64,000 bases of DNA from an uncultured Clostridia bacterium (GCA_946187035.1 CAMHPQ010000003.1:1886-65885); one strand, 5' to 3'. Shown: positions 34,164 to 43,355, counted from the first letter of the stretch. Numbers and translations: made by a program. Notes: generated from the sequence alone by a model not told the origin.

Positions 34164-34270
34164 ATCATTTTGCCGCCCACACTTCGTTTGGGCGAGCAAA
34201 AAACCGCTCACGGAGAAAAGCGTTTTTCTTTCGCAAGCCGCGCTTGCGCCAAAAACGCTTTTCGGAGTGC
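34164..34270 (-). repeat. Interspersed ~107-nt repeat, family B, copy 2 (inverted)
   Basis: The reverse complement (GCACTCCGAAAAGCGTTTTTGGCGCAAGCGCGGCTTGCGAAAGAAAAA...CGTGAGCGGT...GGCAAAATGAT) aligns with 22829-22935. It ends 48 nt before the tmRNA 5' end. Confidence 0.75.
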
Positions 34271-34317
34271 AAGCCCTTTTCCAAAGACAAAGGGAACCTT
34301 TGTCTTTGGCGCTTCGC

Positions 34318-34683
34318 GGGGATGTACCGGTTTCGACGGGGGTGTGGAGGCAGGAATAGCGGGCGGCGGCGCCTGACCGCCATAAAACGGGCACCTTATA
34401 AATTAAAGAACAACAACGATACTGTTCTTCTCGCTGCTTAATTAGCGAGCGTTCCCTCCGGGAGGCCCACGGCCCGGATGCGGAGCGTCGATGAGTGGGG
34501 AACGTGCGTGCGGTAAGCTTTGCCCGCACCACGCATCATGAAGCTACCGGACTTGCAGGCTTGCGTGTTGGCCTGCAACGAAGGGAACAGACCGGTTTGG
34601 CCGGTCACAACAACCCGCTGCGCCCGGAGAAGTTCTTGTTAAAGCGCTTTCGGACGGGGGTTCAACTCCCCCCATCTCCACCA
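34318..34683 (+). ncRNA. ssrA: tmRNA (SsrA)
   Basis: The 5' GGGGATGTACCGGTTTCGACGGGGG and 3' GGACGGGGGTTCAACTCCCCCCATCTCCACCA form the tRNA-like domain. The internal tag frame AAG AAC AAC AAC GAT ACT GTT CTT CTC GCT GCT TAA encodes KNNNDTVLLAA. smpB lies about 1.2 kb upstream. Confidence 0.95.
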
Positions 34684-34686
34684 TGG

Positions 34687-34725
34687 AATCACGACGTAAA
34701 AGATACTACGTCGTGATTTCTTTTT
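34687..34725 (+). terminator. Terminator after ssrA
   Basis: AATCACGACGTA and TACGTCGTGATT form a perfect 12-bp stem followed by TCTTTTT. Confidence 0.85.
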
Positions 34726-34872
34726 ATGCCCGAAAAGCCCTGATTTTTCAATACTTTCTGGGTTTCGCATTTTCAAGAACAAACCGCCGCATGCCATTTC
34801 ACGCAGCGGTTTTTTGCGTTTTCAGACACACGGTTGAGCCTTTTTACTCAAAACGTTAAAATAAGGGGTAAA

Positions 34873-34892
34873 CGTTAAATTTGCACCCCCCT
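34873..34892 (+). repeat. Direct repeat, left copy
   Basis: CGTTAAATTTGCACCCCCCT, identical to 40650-40669. Confidence 0.9.
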
Positions 34893-34931
34893 ATAAAAGA
34901 ACCCTGCCGGAGCCACCACGAACCGGCAGGG
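34893..34931 (-). terminator. Terminator after the lipase/SLH gene
   Basis: CCCTGCCGG and CCGGCAGGG form a 9-bp stem, followed on the minus strand by TTCTTTTAT. Confidence 0.65.
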
Positions 34932-35052
34932 CTGGGATTTATCATCCCGAGGATTGAACAAACGTTACAGATACTATACTAGCATCTGTGACGTCCACCG
35001 CAAAGACTAAATCATACCACATTGAATGTGTCAAACTTGTTAAAAGGGCTCA

Positions 35053-37431
35053 TTATCCAAGATCTCGATACAAGAATGTGACAATCTGCGCTCTTGTGCA
35101 AGGATCGCCAGGTGCAAAAGACGTAGCAGATTTACCGGTAGTTATACCATTTTTGACCGCCCAGAGGACGGCATTGGTGTAATACTGACCGGACTTCACA
35201 TCCTGGAAGGGGTTTTCCGCCTTCACCGTAGGCTCGCCCTCCATGCGCCAGAGGAAGGTGACAGTTTGTGCACGAGTTACTGTGGTGTCGGGACCAAAGG
35301 TGGTCTTGCTGGTACCGGTGGTAATCCCTTGCTCCACTGCCCAGAGGACGGCGTTGTAGTAGAACGCGCCCTTCTTCACGTCCTTGAAAGGATTTTTGGT
35401 GCTGGCCGGCTTCGGCTCCCCAGCCGCACGCCACAGGAACGTTACCATCTGGGCCCGGGTGCAGTCCTTGCTGGGCGAGAAGTGCGTCGCGTCCGTGCCA
35501 GTGGTGACAACGGGGTCGTGGTTCACAGCCCAGAGAACGGGATCATAATAGTATACGTCCTCCTTGACGTCCTGAAATGGATTCTTCGGTGCGTTAGTCT
35601 TTTCAAACTTGGCCGTAAGTTCTGTATCTTTTTCTATAGCAAACCGAAACTCAAGGTCATTGCTGACCTTAGTTTTGCCGTCATACCAGCCGATAAAGCG
35701 GTAGCCGGCATCCGGAGTGGCAGTCACCTTCGCATATTCCCCGATGACAAACACTCCGCCGCCCTCTGTCGTTCCGCCTGATTCAGCAGATGTAGTAACA
35801 CTCCACACTTGTACTTGGTCGGCAGTCTCCTTCACGCTCGGGCTGAGTGCTTTCCCATCGGTTCCCTTCAGTGTATACTCTGCGGTCTCCAGATTGGTCT
35901 TTGATGCAGTCCCCTTCAGTTGGTCGCCGTCTTTGATCGGAATGTCCGCGTAGCTGACAACTTGAGTATACGCCCCAGTATCCATGTCATAGTCCACCGC
36001 CGTGTAGGTCATGGTTCCGTCATCCGTCGCCTGAACATCGATTGTATACTGCATATCCATTGGCAAAACAAAAACCTTTTGCCCATTTTCATCGATGAAC
36101 GATGAGATTCCGTTTTCAATTGTCTGCGGCTCATCATCTACAATCTGTGCAACCAATGCTCTGCTGCTGTCATAAACTGAAACGTCCACTGGACAATTGA
36201 CATAGATGGTACGATATCCTGTTAGGATATTGCTGAGTGTTTTTCCATCCAGAGAATCTAACCACGCAACACAGAGCTCCGGATAATGTGCATTTGCAAG
36301 ATTTACAGCAATTGTAGCAATCTCCACTCCAAGCATTGCACCACCTGTAGGATCTATAAAGGAGCCGCCTAATAGGTCAGAACCTATTAGTTTAAGCAAC
36401 GCAATGTAGTCCTCTGTTGTTTTCTCGTTATCCTTCCCAAGCAAATCCGCAACTGCCGGTGCAAATGTGCTCTCATGGTATTTGTAGTAGTTCGTTCTTC
36501 CCCCCAGATTACGTGCAAGTGAATTTACAAAATGATCAAAGAAGTAGCTCTGTCCCATCGCAAGTTCTCTTGTGAGTAATACCACATCTTTTGTCGCATT
36601 ATTTGCGCCATTATATGACAAAAGCTTTTCATACTCCTGTGCCATTTTTAATTTTAGCGGGGAATAGAGTACGGTATTCGAGGAGGAAGGTAAGTAATAT
36701 GTATTACCATAATGGGAAAAACCCATGGAGCTCATTGCAACCTTGGGAACAAGATCGATTGGATTGACAATGCAAAAAATGTTATTATAATTTGTGCCGT
36801 GAGCTTTCGGATCATTCGCTCCCATCGGGCATTCAAAGCAATATGCAAAAACATTGTTTTTCCCATACACTTCATTCAGCTTTGCTGCCGCAAGATTTGC
36901 AGTAGCAGCCCCACGGCTGTATCCCGTGATCCAAATCTTAATGTTGTCGGTCAACTGTTTTTTGTGTGTTTTAACATATTCCTCAATCCCAGTTACCGTC
37001 TTGTTTGCTGCAATCTGAAATCCAGCGTGGTTTCCGCTTGGCCCAAGGGTCACATTTCCGCCCCACTCATCGTAGTAGTTCGCGCTACGAATGGTAACTG
37101 AAACAAGAGAATAGACCTTGCCATCGCTCCCTTTTAAGTTCTTACTGCCAATATAATAACCTATGGAATTAATCTCCGGTTTAGGATACTCAGGTTTAAG
37201 ATTTGTAAACTCCAGTTTGGTCAACAATTCTTCAATATTTGCATAGTTTGTCGCAGCCGTGCTGTCTTCACGTGCCATTCCCGCCATGGACATTCGCAAC
37301 GACATTTTCGCAAGATCATGCTGATATTCGGAGGCATTTTTTTCAAACCACGTCTCATCATAGTAAGCGTAGCTCACCCTCAACAAGTGCATAATAGGAA
37401 AACCTTGTATTGAATGCACTGGAGGACCCAA
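35053..37431 (-). CDS. Lipase-like (GxSxG) protein with three C-terminal SLH-type repeats; N-terminus unresolved (possible frameshift with the upstream ORF)
   Basis: Lipase elbow ITGYSRGAATANLAAAKL. Three C-terminal repeats of the form NPFxDVK..YY..VLWAV...TTG....F.P....TRAQ.VTFLWR. No signal peptide and no RBS at the candidate ATGs. Confidence 0.7.
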   Translation of the reverse strand: MGPPVHSIQGFPIMHLLRVSYAYYDETWFEKNASEYQHDLAKMSLRMSMAGMAREDSTAATNYANIEELLTKLEFTNLKPEYPKPEINSIGYYIGSKNLKGSDGKVYSLVSVTIRSANYYDEWGGNVTLGPSGNHAGFQIAANKTVTGIEEYVKTHKKQLTDNIKIWITGYSRGAATANLAAAKLNEVYGKNNVFAYCFECPMGANDPKAHGTNYNNIFCIVNPIDLVPKVAMSSMGFSHYGNTYYLPSSSNTVLYSPLKLKMAQEYEKLLSYNGANNATKDVVLLTRELAMGQSYFFDHFVNSLARNLGGRTNYYKYHESTFAPAVADLLGKDNEKTTEDYIALLKLIGSDLLGGSFIDPTGGAMLGVEIATIAVNLANAHYPELCVAWLDSLDGKTLSNILTGYRTIYVNCPVDVSVYDSSRALVAQIVDDEPQTIENGISSFIDENGQKVFVLPMDMQYTIDVQATDDGTMTYTAVDYDMDTGAYTQVVSYADIPIKDGDQLKGTASKTNLETAEYTLKGTDGKALSPSVKETADQVQVWSVTTSAESGGTTEGGGVFVIGEYAKVTATPDAGYRFIGWYDGKTKVSNDLEFRFAIEKDTELTAKFEKTNAPKNPFQDVKEDVYYYDPVLWAVNHDPVVTTGTDATHFSPSKDCTRAQMVTFLWRAAGEPKPASTKNPFKDVKKGAFYYNAVLWAVEQGITTGTSKTTFGPDTTVTRAQTVTFLWRMEGEPTVKAENPFQDVKSGQYYTNAVLWAVKNGITTGKSATSFAPGDPCTRAQIVTFLYRDLG

Positions 37432-37948
37432 TTACACGCAATAGCCCATCTGAACAATATGATAGCATATATCGCTCGCCGCTGGAAAATACATGTACGA
37501 GTTCGTTATCTTTGATCGAATACAAATCATAGATTAACCCGAATGTTTTTCCCTCATTGTAACTATCTGCGTTGCAGCCGACAAGCAGTTCATCAGTGCC
37601 ATCGCCATCAACATCTATATATGTGTATCCACATTCTGTTGGATTAAATCTATATACATAGCTGAATCCAGCCTCTTCTAACTCACCATTTAGATCATCG
37701 TTCTCTTGATTCTCTGAAATGCTTTGCAGCACATCTTTTAACGAAGAGAGGACAGCATCATACAGTAGGTGCTCATCAAATTGTGTTTCAATCGCTGTAG
37801 GTTCTGGCATTTTGGGCTTTGACGATTCTGAAACCGCAGATTCAATTCCATCAGGCTCCAATGGCGTTTCGCTTCTGTTTGAAGAACAGGCACACATCGT
37901 AACCATCAAAATTACTAGTAACAAAGCTAGGCTTCCCCTATTTCTCAT
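37358..37948 (-). CDS. Lipoprotein-signal ORF (196 aa), possibly the displaced N-terminus of the lipase/SLH gene
   Basis: Lipobox MRNRGSLALLLVILMVTMCACSSN. Its 3' end overlaps the 5' end of ORF 35053-37431 in another frame. Confidence 0.6.
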   Translation of the reverse strand: MRNRGSLALLLVILMVTMCACSSNRSETPLEPDGIESAVSESSKPKMPEPTAIETQFDEHLLYDAVLSSLKDVLQSISENQENDDLNGELEEAGFSYVYRFNPTECGYTYIDVDGDGTDELLVGCNADSYNEGKTFGLIYDLYSIKDNELVHVFSSGERYMLSYCSDGLLRVIGSSSAFNTRFSYYALVEGELRLL

Positions 37949-37950
37949 TC

Positions 37951-38469
37951 TTATAGTTCCTCCATGTAAACCGAAAACGGAACTCGATAATCTTCCGTCC
38001 TAGCTCGTGTACGGCGTGCTTCATCCGCGTCCTTCGGCGCCTCAGGCTGTTCATCCACGAACGCGTGGAATACCTTTCCGTAGTCCATCAGACGCGCGAT
38101 CGTCTCATTTTTGAACCGCGTCACATAGCCCAACTCCTGGTCATCCGTGGTGTATACGGAGATGGCCCACTGATCGTGCTCATTATCAGGGTCACGGAAA
38201 AGATGCAGTTCCGTGCCAGGCGTGAGCGAATCTAGCAGCTCACGGCCTTCTTCGCTGTTATCATCCACATGGAAATACAGTCCAGCTATCGCTGTGGCGC
38301 ATGCGGTCAGTTCATGGCAGAACCGATGGACTTTCTGCTTGAAACTCAGATAGATCAGGCCGTCCGCGACGCAGAGTCTGGCAGAGATCTGACCATGGTT
38401 CGTTATTATCAAAATCAGTATCCGAACGTGCAAGTGCATATTCCTGTTGCGGCGCCACAGATTCAACAT
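37951..38469 (-). CDS. HIRAN domain protein (start uncertain)
   Basis: Sequence IAGLYFHV...GTELHLFRDPDNEHDQWAISVYT...ELGYVTRFKNETIARLMDYG. No start codon lies between about 38268 and 38410, so the N-terminus must overlap the divergent ORF. Confidence 0.6.
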   Translation of the reverse strand: MLNLWRRNRNMHLHVRILILIITNHGQISARLCVADGLIYLSFKQKVHRFCHELTACATAIAGLYFHVDDNSEEGRELLDSLTPGTELHLFRDPDNEHDQWAISVYTTDDQELGYVTRFKNETIARLMDYGKVFHAFVDEQPEAPKDADEARRTRARTEDYRVPFSVYMEEL

Positions 38470-40641
38470 CTACCAGTAGAACGTACGGTGCTCCCGGCCG
38501 CGAATATAACTGAGGAAGCAAAGGATATAGTCAAGCGCTGCTATGAGCCTGGCGTCTGGCAACCGGACTGCCCGATCTTTGTTGAGGCTGTGACAATCCG
38601 AACAAAAGACGAAGATGATCTGCTTTCGCTTTCCGCGGTCAATCTTTCGAACAATACAATTCGTTCAGCCTATTTTCAGGCCATTGTCCTCGACGATACC
38701 GGTGACGAGGTTGCGCGGCGTCAGTGTGTCTATCAGGGCCTGAGCATTCCCGGCGGCAACGCTCCGATCGAACAGAAGCGTCTGCCGGAAGATAAGGCCT
38801 TCCCACTCGGAACGTATCTCGCACATCGCGTTGAATTGATCTGTGAAAAGGTCGCTTTTTCCGACGATGCAGTTTGGCGCATGGATGCTAATGCAGCTCC
38901 TGTTGAGCTTCCCGCCCAGCCAGTTCTAAGTGAAAAAAACTTCCCCCGCTATCGTTATATCAATAGTCGTTTTCACACAGCTGACAAGGAAACACCTCTG
39001 CGCATGCCTCTTGAGGCGGATGGGTTCTGGATGTGTGACTGTGGTCATCCTGCAAAAAATGGAGAACCTTGTTCTTTCTGCGGCGATACGCTTCCAGCTT
39101 TACAGGAGGCATTCTCCCAGAAGACGCTGGAAACCTTACAGCTTGCTGCAGTGAAGGAGCGTGCTGCCAAGCGCGCAGCGTTCTCGCAGAAATTCTATCA
39201 GGATACGCTGGAGAAAGAAAACCAGAAGCTTGAGGAAGCAAACCACAAGATCTATCAGGAGGCACTGAGGATCGAGAAAAAGGGCACTTCTAAGAGCCTT
39301 CGTGTGGCAATTAAAGAATGGGAAAAGATACTGGACTACTCCGATGCGATGGATCATCTGGAAAGCTGCCGCAAGCGTCTCCCCGAATTGGAAGAGAAGG
39401 AAGAAGCCGATCGTATTGCCTCTGAAGCTGCTGCAAAAAAAGCTGCTGAGGAAGCAAAACAAAGAGCTGAGGAGGAAAAACGCCGCGCTGATGAGGTCGC
39501 CGCAGCTGCTAGGAAAAAACGCAACACTATCCTTGGAATCTCTTTTGCCTCCCTGGCAGTGGTGATAGCAGCAATAATTATCGTTCTAAAGATTATTATC
39601 CCAAACAGCAATTATAACAAAGCCGTCACACTCATGGAATCCAATGATCCCGGCGAAGCATTCCTCATTTTTAAGAAACTGGGCAGTTATAAGGACAGCG
39701 CAGATCGGGTTTCTCAAGCAAGGTCGGATGGCACCTTGTATCAGGCTGCAGTCAAGGATTACAATCTTGCAAAAGAGGATCCATCAAAGTGGGATCAGTG
39801 TCTTGCAGTGTGGGGAATGCTAGCGCCTCGTCATTCTATTGCTGCAGGTTTTTATCACTCAGTCGGATTAAATGTTGATGGTACAGTAGTTGCTACAGGT
39901 GACAATCAGTCTGAGCAGTGCAATACCAGTTCATGGTCTGACGTAATATCTGTTTCTGCTGGAAGTGGCCACACAGTTGGATTACGAGCTGATGGAACAG
40001 TCGTTGCAATCGGCAACAATGATCATGCGCAATGTGATGTCACCGGGTGGCAGGGCATCGTTGCAATTGCTGCGGGTGGATATCACACGGTAGGACTACG
40101 CGCCGATGGTACTGTTGTTGCAGTCGGGAATAATGATTACCAACAGTGTGACGTTTCCTTATGGAAAGACATTGTATCCATTGCAACCGGGCAAACCTTT
40201 ACAATTGGCTTGACCAGTGATGGAGAAGTCGTCTTTGCAGGAGGAGATGACATCAGCAAAGGTGGATTGAAACATAAGACTTTCACCGCCATTGCTGGAG
40301 GAGGAATGCATGTGCTTGCACTCCTTGAGGACGGAACTGTTGTCGCAGTTGGTTTAAATGATGATGGTCAGTTGAAAGTATCGTATTGGGAAGATATCAC
40401 TTACATTGCTGCTGGTGCTGCTCACTCAGTTGGTGTGCATTTGGACGGTACCGTTACTGCGACTGGCTGGAACAAAAACGGCCAGTGTGATGTTTCAGAC
40501 TGGAACAATATTGTGGAAGTCAGTGCAAGCATTGCACACACAATTGGTCTCCAATCGGATGGTACTGTTGTCGCCGTCGGCTTCAATGATGATGGCCGCT
40601 GTGATGTATCTGATTGGATAATTCAAGTACCAAACAACTGA
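38269..40641 (+). CDS. Membrane-anchored protein: zinc-ribbon-like CxxC pairs, coiled coil, one TM helix, C-terminal RCC1-type beta-propeller repeats (start uncertain)
   Basis: CxxC pairs CGACG and CDCGHPAKNGEPCSFCG. A Lys/Glu/Ala-rich coiled coil. TM helix ILGISFASLAVVIAAIIIVLKIII. At least seven repeats of the form GxxHTVGLRADGTVVAxGNNDxxQCDV. Confidence 0.75.
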   Translation: MEIQSSYRCGACGQFMAEPMDFLLETQIDQAVRDAESGRDLTMVRYYQNQYPNVQVHIPVAAPQIQHLPVERTVLPAANITEEAKDIVKRCYEPGVWQPDCPIFVEAVTIRTKDEDDLLSLSAVNLSNNTIRSAYFQAIVLDDTGDEVARRQCVYQGLSIPGGNAPIEQKRLPEDKAFPLGTYLAHRVELICEKVAFSDDAVWRMDANAAPVELPAQPVLSEKNFPRYRYINSRFHTADKETPLRMPLEADGFWMCDCGHPAKNGEPCSFCGDTLPALQEAFSQKTLETLQLAAVKERAAKRAAFSQKFYQDTLEKENQKLEEANHKIYQEALRIEKKGTSKSLRVAIKEWEKILDYSDAMDHLESCRKRLPELEEKEEADRIASEAAAKKAAEEAKQRAEEEKRRADEVAAAARKKRNTILGISFASLAVVIAAIIIVLKIIIPNSNYNKAVTLMESNDPGEAFLIFKKLGSYKDSADRVSQARSDGTLYQAAVKDYNLAKEDPSKWDQCLAVWGMLAPRHSIAAGFYHSVGLNVDGTVVATGDNQSEQCNTSSWSDVISVSAGSGHTVGLRADGTVVAIGNNDHAQCDVTGWQGIVAIAAGGYHTVGLRADGTVVAVGNNDYQQCDVSLWKDIVSIATGQTFTIGLTSDGEVVFAGGDDISKGGLKHKTFTAIAGGGMHVLALLEDGTVVAVGLNDDGQLKVSYWEDITYIAAGAAHSVGVHLDGTVTATGWNKNGQCDVSDWNNIVEVSASIAHTIGLQSDGTVVAVGFNDDGRCDVSDWIIQVPNN

Positions 40642-40649
40642 TCTGTAAT

Positions 40650-40669
40650 CGTTAAATTTGCACCCCCCT
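40650..40669 (+). repeat. Direct repeat, right copy (plus an 11-nt partial third copy at 40681-40691)
   Basis: CGTTAAATTTGCACCCCCCT. TGCACCCCCCT recurs 12 nt downstream. Confidence 0.9.
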
Positions 40670-40731
40670 TGCGCCCCATGTGCACCCCCCTGCCCGATTG
40701 TATCGCCAACGTAATGATTTGCCATTTTCGG

Positions 40732-40768
40732 AAAATCCTGCAATCTCAACGGTTGCAGGATTTTTCTT
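40732..40768 (+). terminator. Rho-independent terminator
   Basis: AAAATCCTGCAA and TTGCAGGATTTT form a perfect 12-bp stem followed by TCTTGTTT. Confidence 0.75.
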
Positions 40769-40901
40769 GTTTCTCAACATCTTTTCCCTATCGCAAAATC
40801 ACGCAAAACACAAGTGGGAGAAGCCCTCGGTTTTCCTTGCCCGGAAAATGGGAATGTGGTATAATGGATGACATCTTCTGCGGAAAGGAGGCGGTCGGTG
40901 C

Positions 40902-42257
40902 ATGGAGTCGACGATGATCCGGGACATGACAAAAGGCCCGGTGGTGTCGCAGCTGTTCCGGTTTGCGATGCCGCTGTTTTTCTCCAACGCCCTGCAGGCC
41001 GTGTACAATCTGGTGGACATGGTCATCGTGGGCAACTACATCGGCGCGGCCGGTATGTCCGCGGTGTCCATCGGCGGCGACATTCTGCATCTGCTGACCT
41101 TCGTGGCCATGGGCTTCTCCTCTGCCGGGCAGGTCATCATCGCGCGCTGTGTCGGCGTCCGCGACTATGAACGCATCCGCAAGACCATCGGCACCATGTT
41201 CACGTTCCTGCTGAGCATCGCGGTCGTGATCGCAGGCGTGTGCTTCCTGCTGCGCCACAATATCCTGCGCTGGCTGAACACCCCAACCGCTTCTGCGGAT
41301 TTCGCCATGGCCTATATGGTGACATGCATCTGCGGGCTGCTGTTTATCTATGGCTATAACATCGTCAGCGCGATTCTCCGCGGCATGGGCGACAGCCGCA
41401 GGCCCTTCATTTTCATCGCCATTGCGGCGGTGCTGAATACGATCCTGGACATCTGGTTCGTGAAGTACCTCGGGCTGCAGGTGTTCGGCGCGGCACTGGC
41501 CACCGTGATCGGCCAGGGCGTGAGCTTTATCATCGCCATCATTTATCTCTACCGACGAAAGGAGAGCTTCGGCTTCGACTTTCAGCGTCGGAGCTTCCGC
41601 ATCGACGGTGACGCCTTCCGGCAGCTGCTGGCCCTCGGCATCCCCATGGCGATCCAGAGCGCGGCCATCAGCTTCTCCAAGATCATTCTGATGGCCTGGA
41701 TCAACCTCTTCGACGTGACCTACTCTGCCCTCGCGGGCATCTTCAACAAGGTCAACATCGTCTCTGGCGTCATTTCCATGTCCTTCACCACGGCAGGCAG
41801 CACCATGGCGGGACAGAATCTCGCAGCAGGCGAGCATCAGCGGGTCAACCGCATCCTCGCCACCGTGCTGGCAGTGGGACTGGGGCTGGCCGCAGCCTTT
41901 ACGCTGGTGATGGTGCTCTGGCCCAGCGCCGTGTATCGCGCCTTCACGCCTGACCGGGATGTGCTGGCTGCGGCGGGCGTACTGACGCTGCCGATCATCC
42001 TGAACTTCTACGGTTCTGCCACCCGCAGCGCCGCCTTCTCCCTCATCAATGGCTCCGGGCGGCCCAAGCTGAATCTCGCCATCGCGCTGATCGACGGCGT
42101 GATCGCCCGCATCGGTCTTGCCGCGCTGCTGGGCTTCGCAATGCATCTGGATTGCCTCGGCTTCTGGATGGGCGACTCGCTGGCGGGCTTCATGCCGCTG
42201 GTGATCGGCGGGGTGTTCTACCTCTCCGGGAGATGGAAGGAGACCGCAAAGGTGTAA
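40902..42257 (+). CDS. MATE family efflux transporter
   Basis: Sequence LFRFAMPLFFSNALQAVYNLVDMVIVGNYIGAAGMSAVSIGG, about 12 TM segments. Confidence 0.9.
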   Translation: MESTMIRDMTKGPVVSQLFRFAMPLFFSNALQAVYNLVDMVIVGNYIGAAGMSAVSIGGDILHLLTFVAMGFSSAGQVIIARCVGVRDYERIRKTIGTMFTFLLSIAVVIAGVCFLLRHNILRWLNTPTASADFAMAYMVTCICGLLFIYGYNIVSAILRGMGDSRRPFIFIAIAAVLNTILDIWFVKYLGLQVFGAALATVIGQGVSFIIAIIYLYRRKESFGFDFQRRSFRIDGDAFRQLLALGIPMAIQSAAISFSKIILMAWINLFDVTYSALAGIFNKVNIVSGVISMSFTTAGSTMAGQNLAAGEHQRVNRILATVLAVGLGLAAAFTLVMVLWPSAVYRAFTPDRDVLAAAGVLTLPIILNFYGSATRSAAFSLINGSGRPKLNLAIALIDGVIARIGLAALLGFAMHLDCLGFWMGDSLAGFMPLVIGGVFYLSGRWKETAKV

Positions 42258-42425
42258 CAATGGCGTGCTGTGGTTCGTAGGGAAAACGGGACCATTCGCC
42301 GATAAAGTACGACGCAAATGATACGGCGTCGTACTTTCTTTTTTTGCAAAAATATGCTATAATCCATTTTCACGATCACCGGAAAACGGTGACGCTACAA
42401 CAGGTTTGAAAGAGGTTGGAAAAGG

Positions 42426-43355
42426 ATGCTGCCTGAGAGTCTGGTTCATCTGATACTGCTGTTTTTTGCCTATGCCTTTCTGGGCTGGTGCATCGAAGTC
42501 ACGCTGAAATACTTCCAGTTTCACCGCTTTATCAACCGCGGATTTCTGACGGGCCCGTGGCTGCCGATTTACGGCTCGGGGGCGGCGCTGATCACCGTCG
42601 CGATCAAAGGCCTGGCCCCGCTGGAATCCTCCGTGGGCACCACCTTCGCGGTGTCCTTTCTGCTGTGCGGCTTTCTGGAGTATATGACCAGCTACGTGCT
42701 GGAAAAGCGCTTCCACGCCCGCTGGTGGGACTATAGCCAGAAGCCCATGAACCTCCACGGCAGAGTCTGGATCGGCAATCTGATCCTGTTCGGTCTGGGC
42801 GGCGTGCTGATCGTGGATCTGATCAATCCCCTGCTGCTGCAGCTGTCCCGGCATATGAGCCCGACCCTGCAGGAGATTCTGGCGCTGGGTCTGTCGGCCG
42901 TCTTTCTCGCAGACTATGTGATCTCCCACTTTGTGCTGAAGCTGGTCAAGCGCGGCGTCGAAAGCAGCGAGGCGGACAGCACCGAGGCCATCAGCAAAGA
43001 GGTCCGGATGCTGCTCAGCAACCGCTCTGTCTTCTACCGCCGCTTTGCGGAGGCCTATCCGGAGGTCATCTATAAGACCGAGCGCATCGCCCAGCGCATG
43101 GAGGCCATCCGCGCCGAGACGGAACGACTGCGGAAGGAGGCGGAGGAGCGTGTCGCCCAGATGCGGCAGGAGGTGGCGGAGAATCTGGAGCCCACCGTCA
43201 GCGTAAAGAACGCCATCATCGAAAAGCAGGGAGCGCTGATCGAGCTGCTCTATCAGGAGGATGCCGCCACGCCGGAGATGAAGGCGCTGATGACTGAGCT
43301 GGAAGCCAAAAAGGCCGTGCTGCAGAAGCGGCGCAGCCGCTTCCCGATCAAGTGA
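42426..43355 (+). CDS. Membrane protein of the putative ABC-transporter type IV (CmpB/DUF1113-like) family with a coiled-coil C-terminus
   Basis: Sequence FFAYAFLGWCIEVTLKYFQFHRFINRGFLTGPWLPIYGSGAALI. The family assignment is from memory of the motif. Confidence 0.6.
   Translation: MLPESLVHLILLFFAYAFLGWCIEVTLKYFQFHRFINRGFLTGPWLPIYGSGAALITVAIKGLAPLESSVGTTFAVSFLLCGFLEYMTSYVLEKRFHARWWDYSQKPMNLHGRVWIGNLILFGLGGVLIVDLINPLLLQLSRHMSPTLQEILALGLSAVFLADYVISHFVLKLVKRGVESSEADSTEAISKEVRMLLSNRSVFYRRFAEAYPEVIYKTERIAQRMEAIRAETERLRKEAEERVAQMRQEVAENLEPTVSVKNAIIEKQGALIELLYQEDAATPEMKALMTELEAKKAVLQKRRSRFPIK

Larger units (their letters stand above)
34873..40669. mobile_element. AT-richer 5.8-kb cassette downstream of ssrA bounded by 20-bp direct repeats (integrase-less islet)
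   Basis: A perfect direct repeat CGTTAAATTTGCACCCCCCT lies at 34873-34892 and 40650-40669. The interior is lower in GC (hand count 27/60 at 36361-36420). It is adjacent to the tmRNA gene. Confidence 0.55.

Noticed and set aside
34104-34532. Track ORFs (142, 71, 72, 68, 65 aa) covering 34104-34532
   Set aside because: They overlap repeat family B and the tmRNA gene. The 65-aa ORF merely contains the tmRNA tag frame (…KNNNDTVLLAA).
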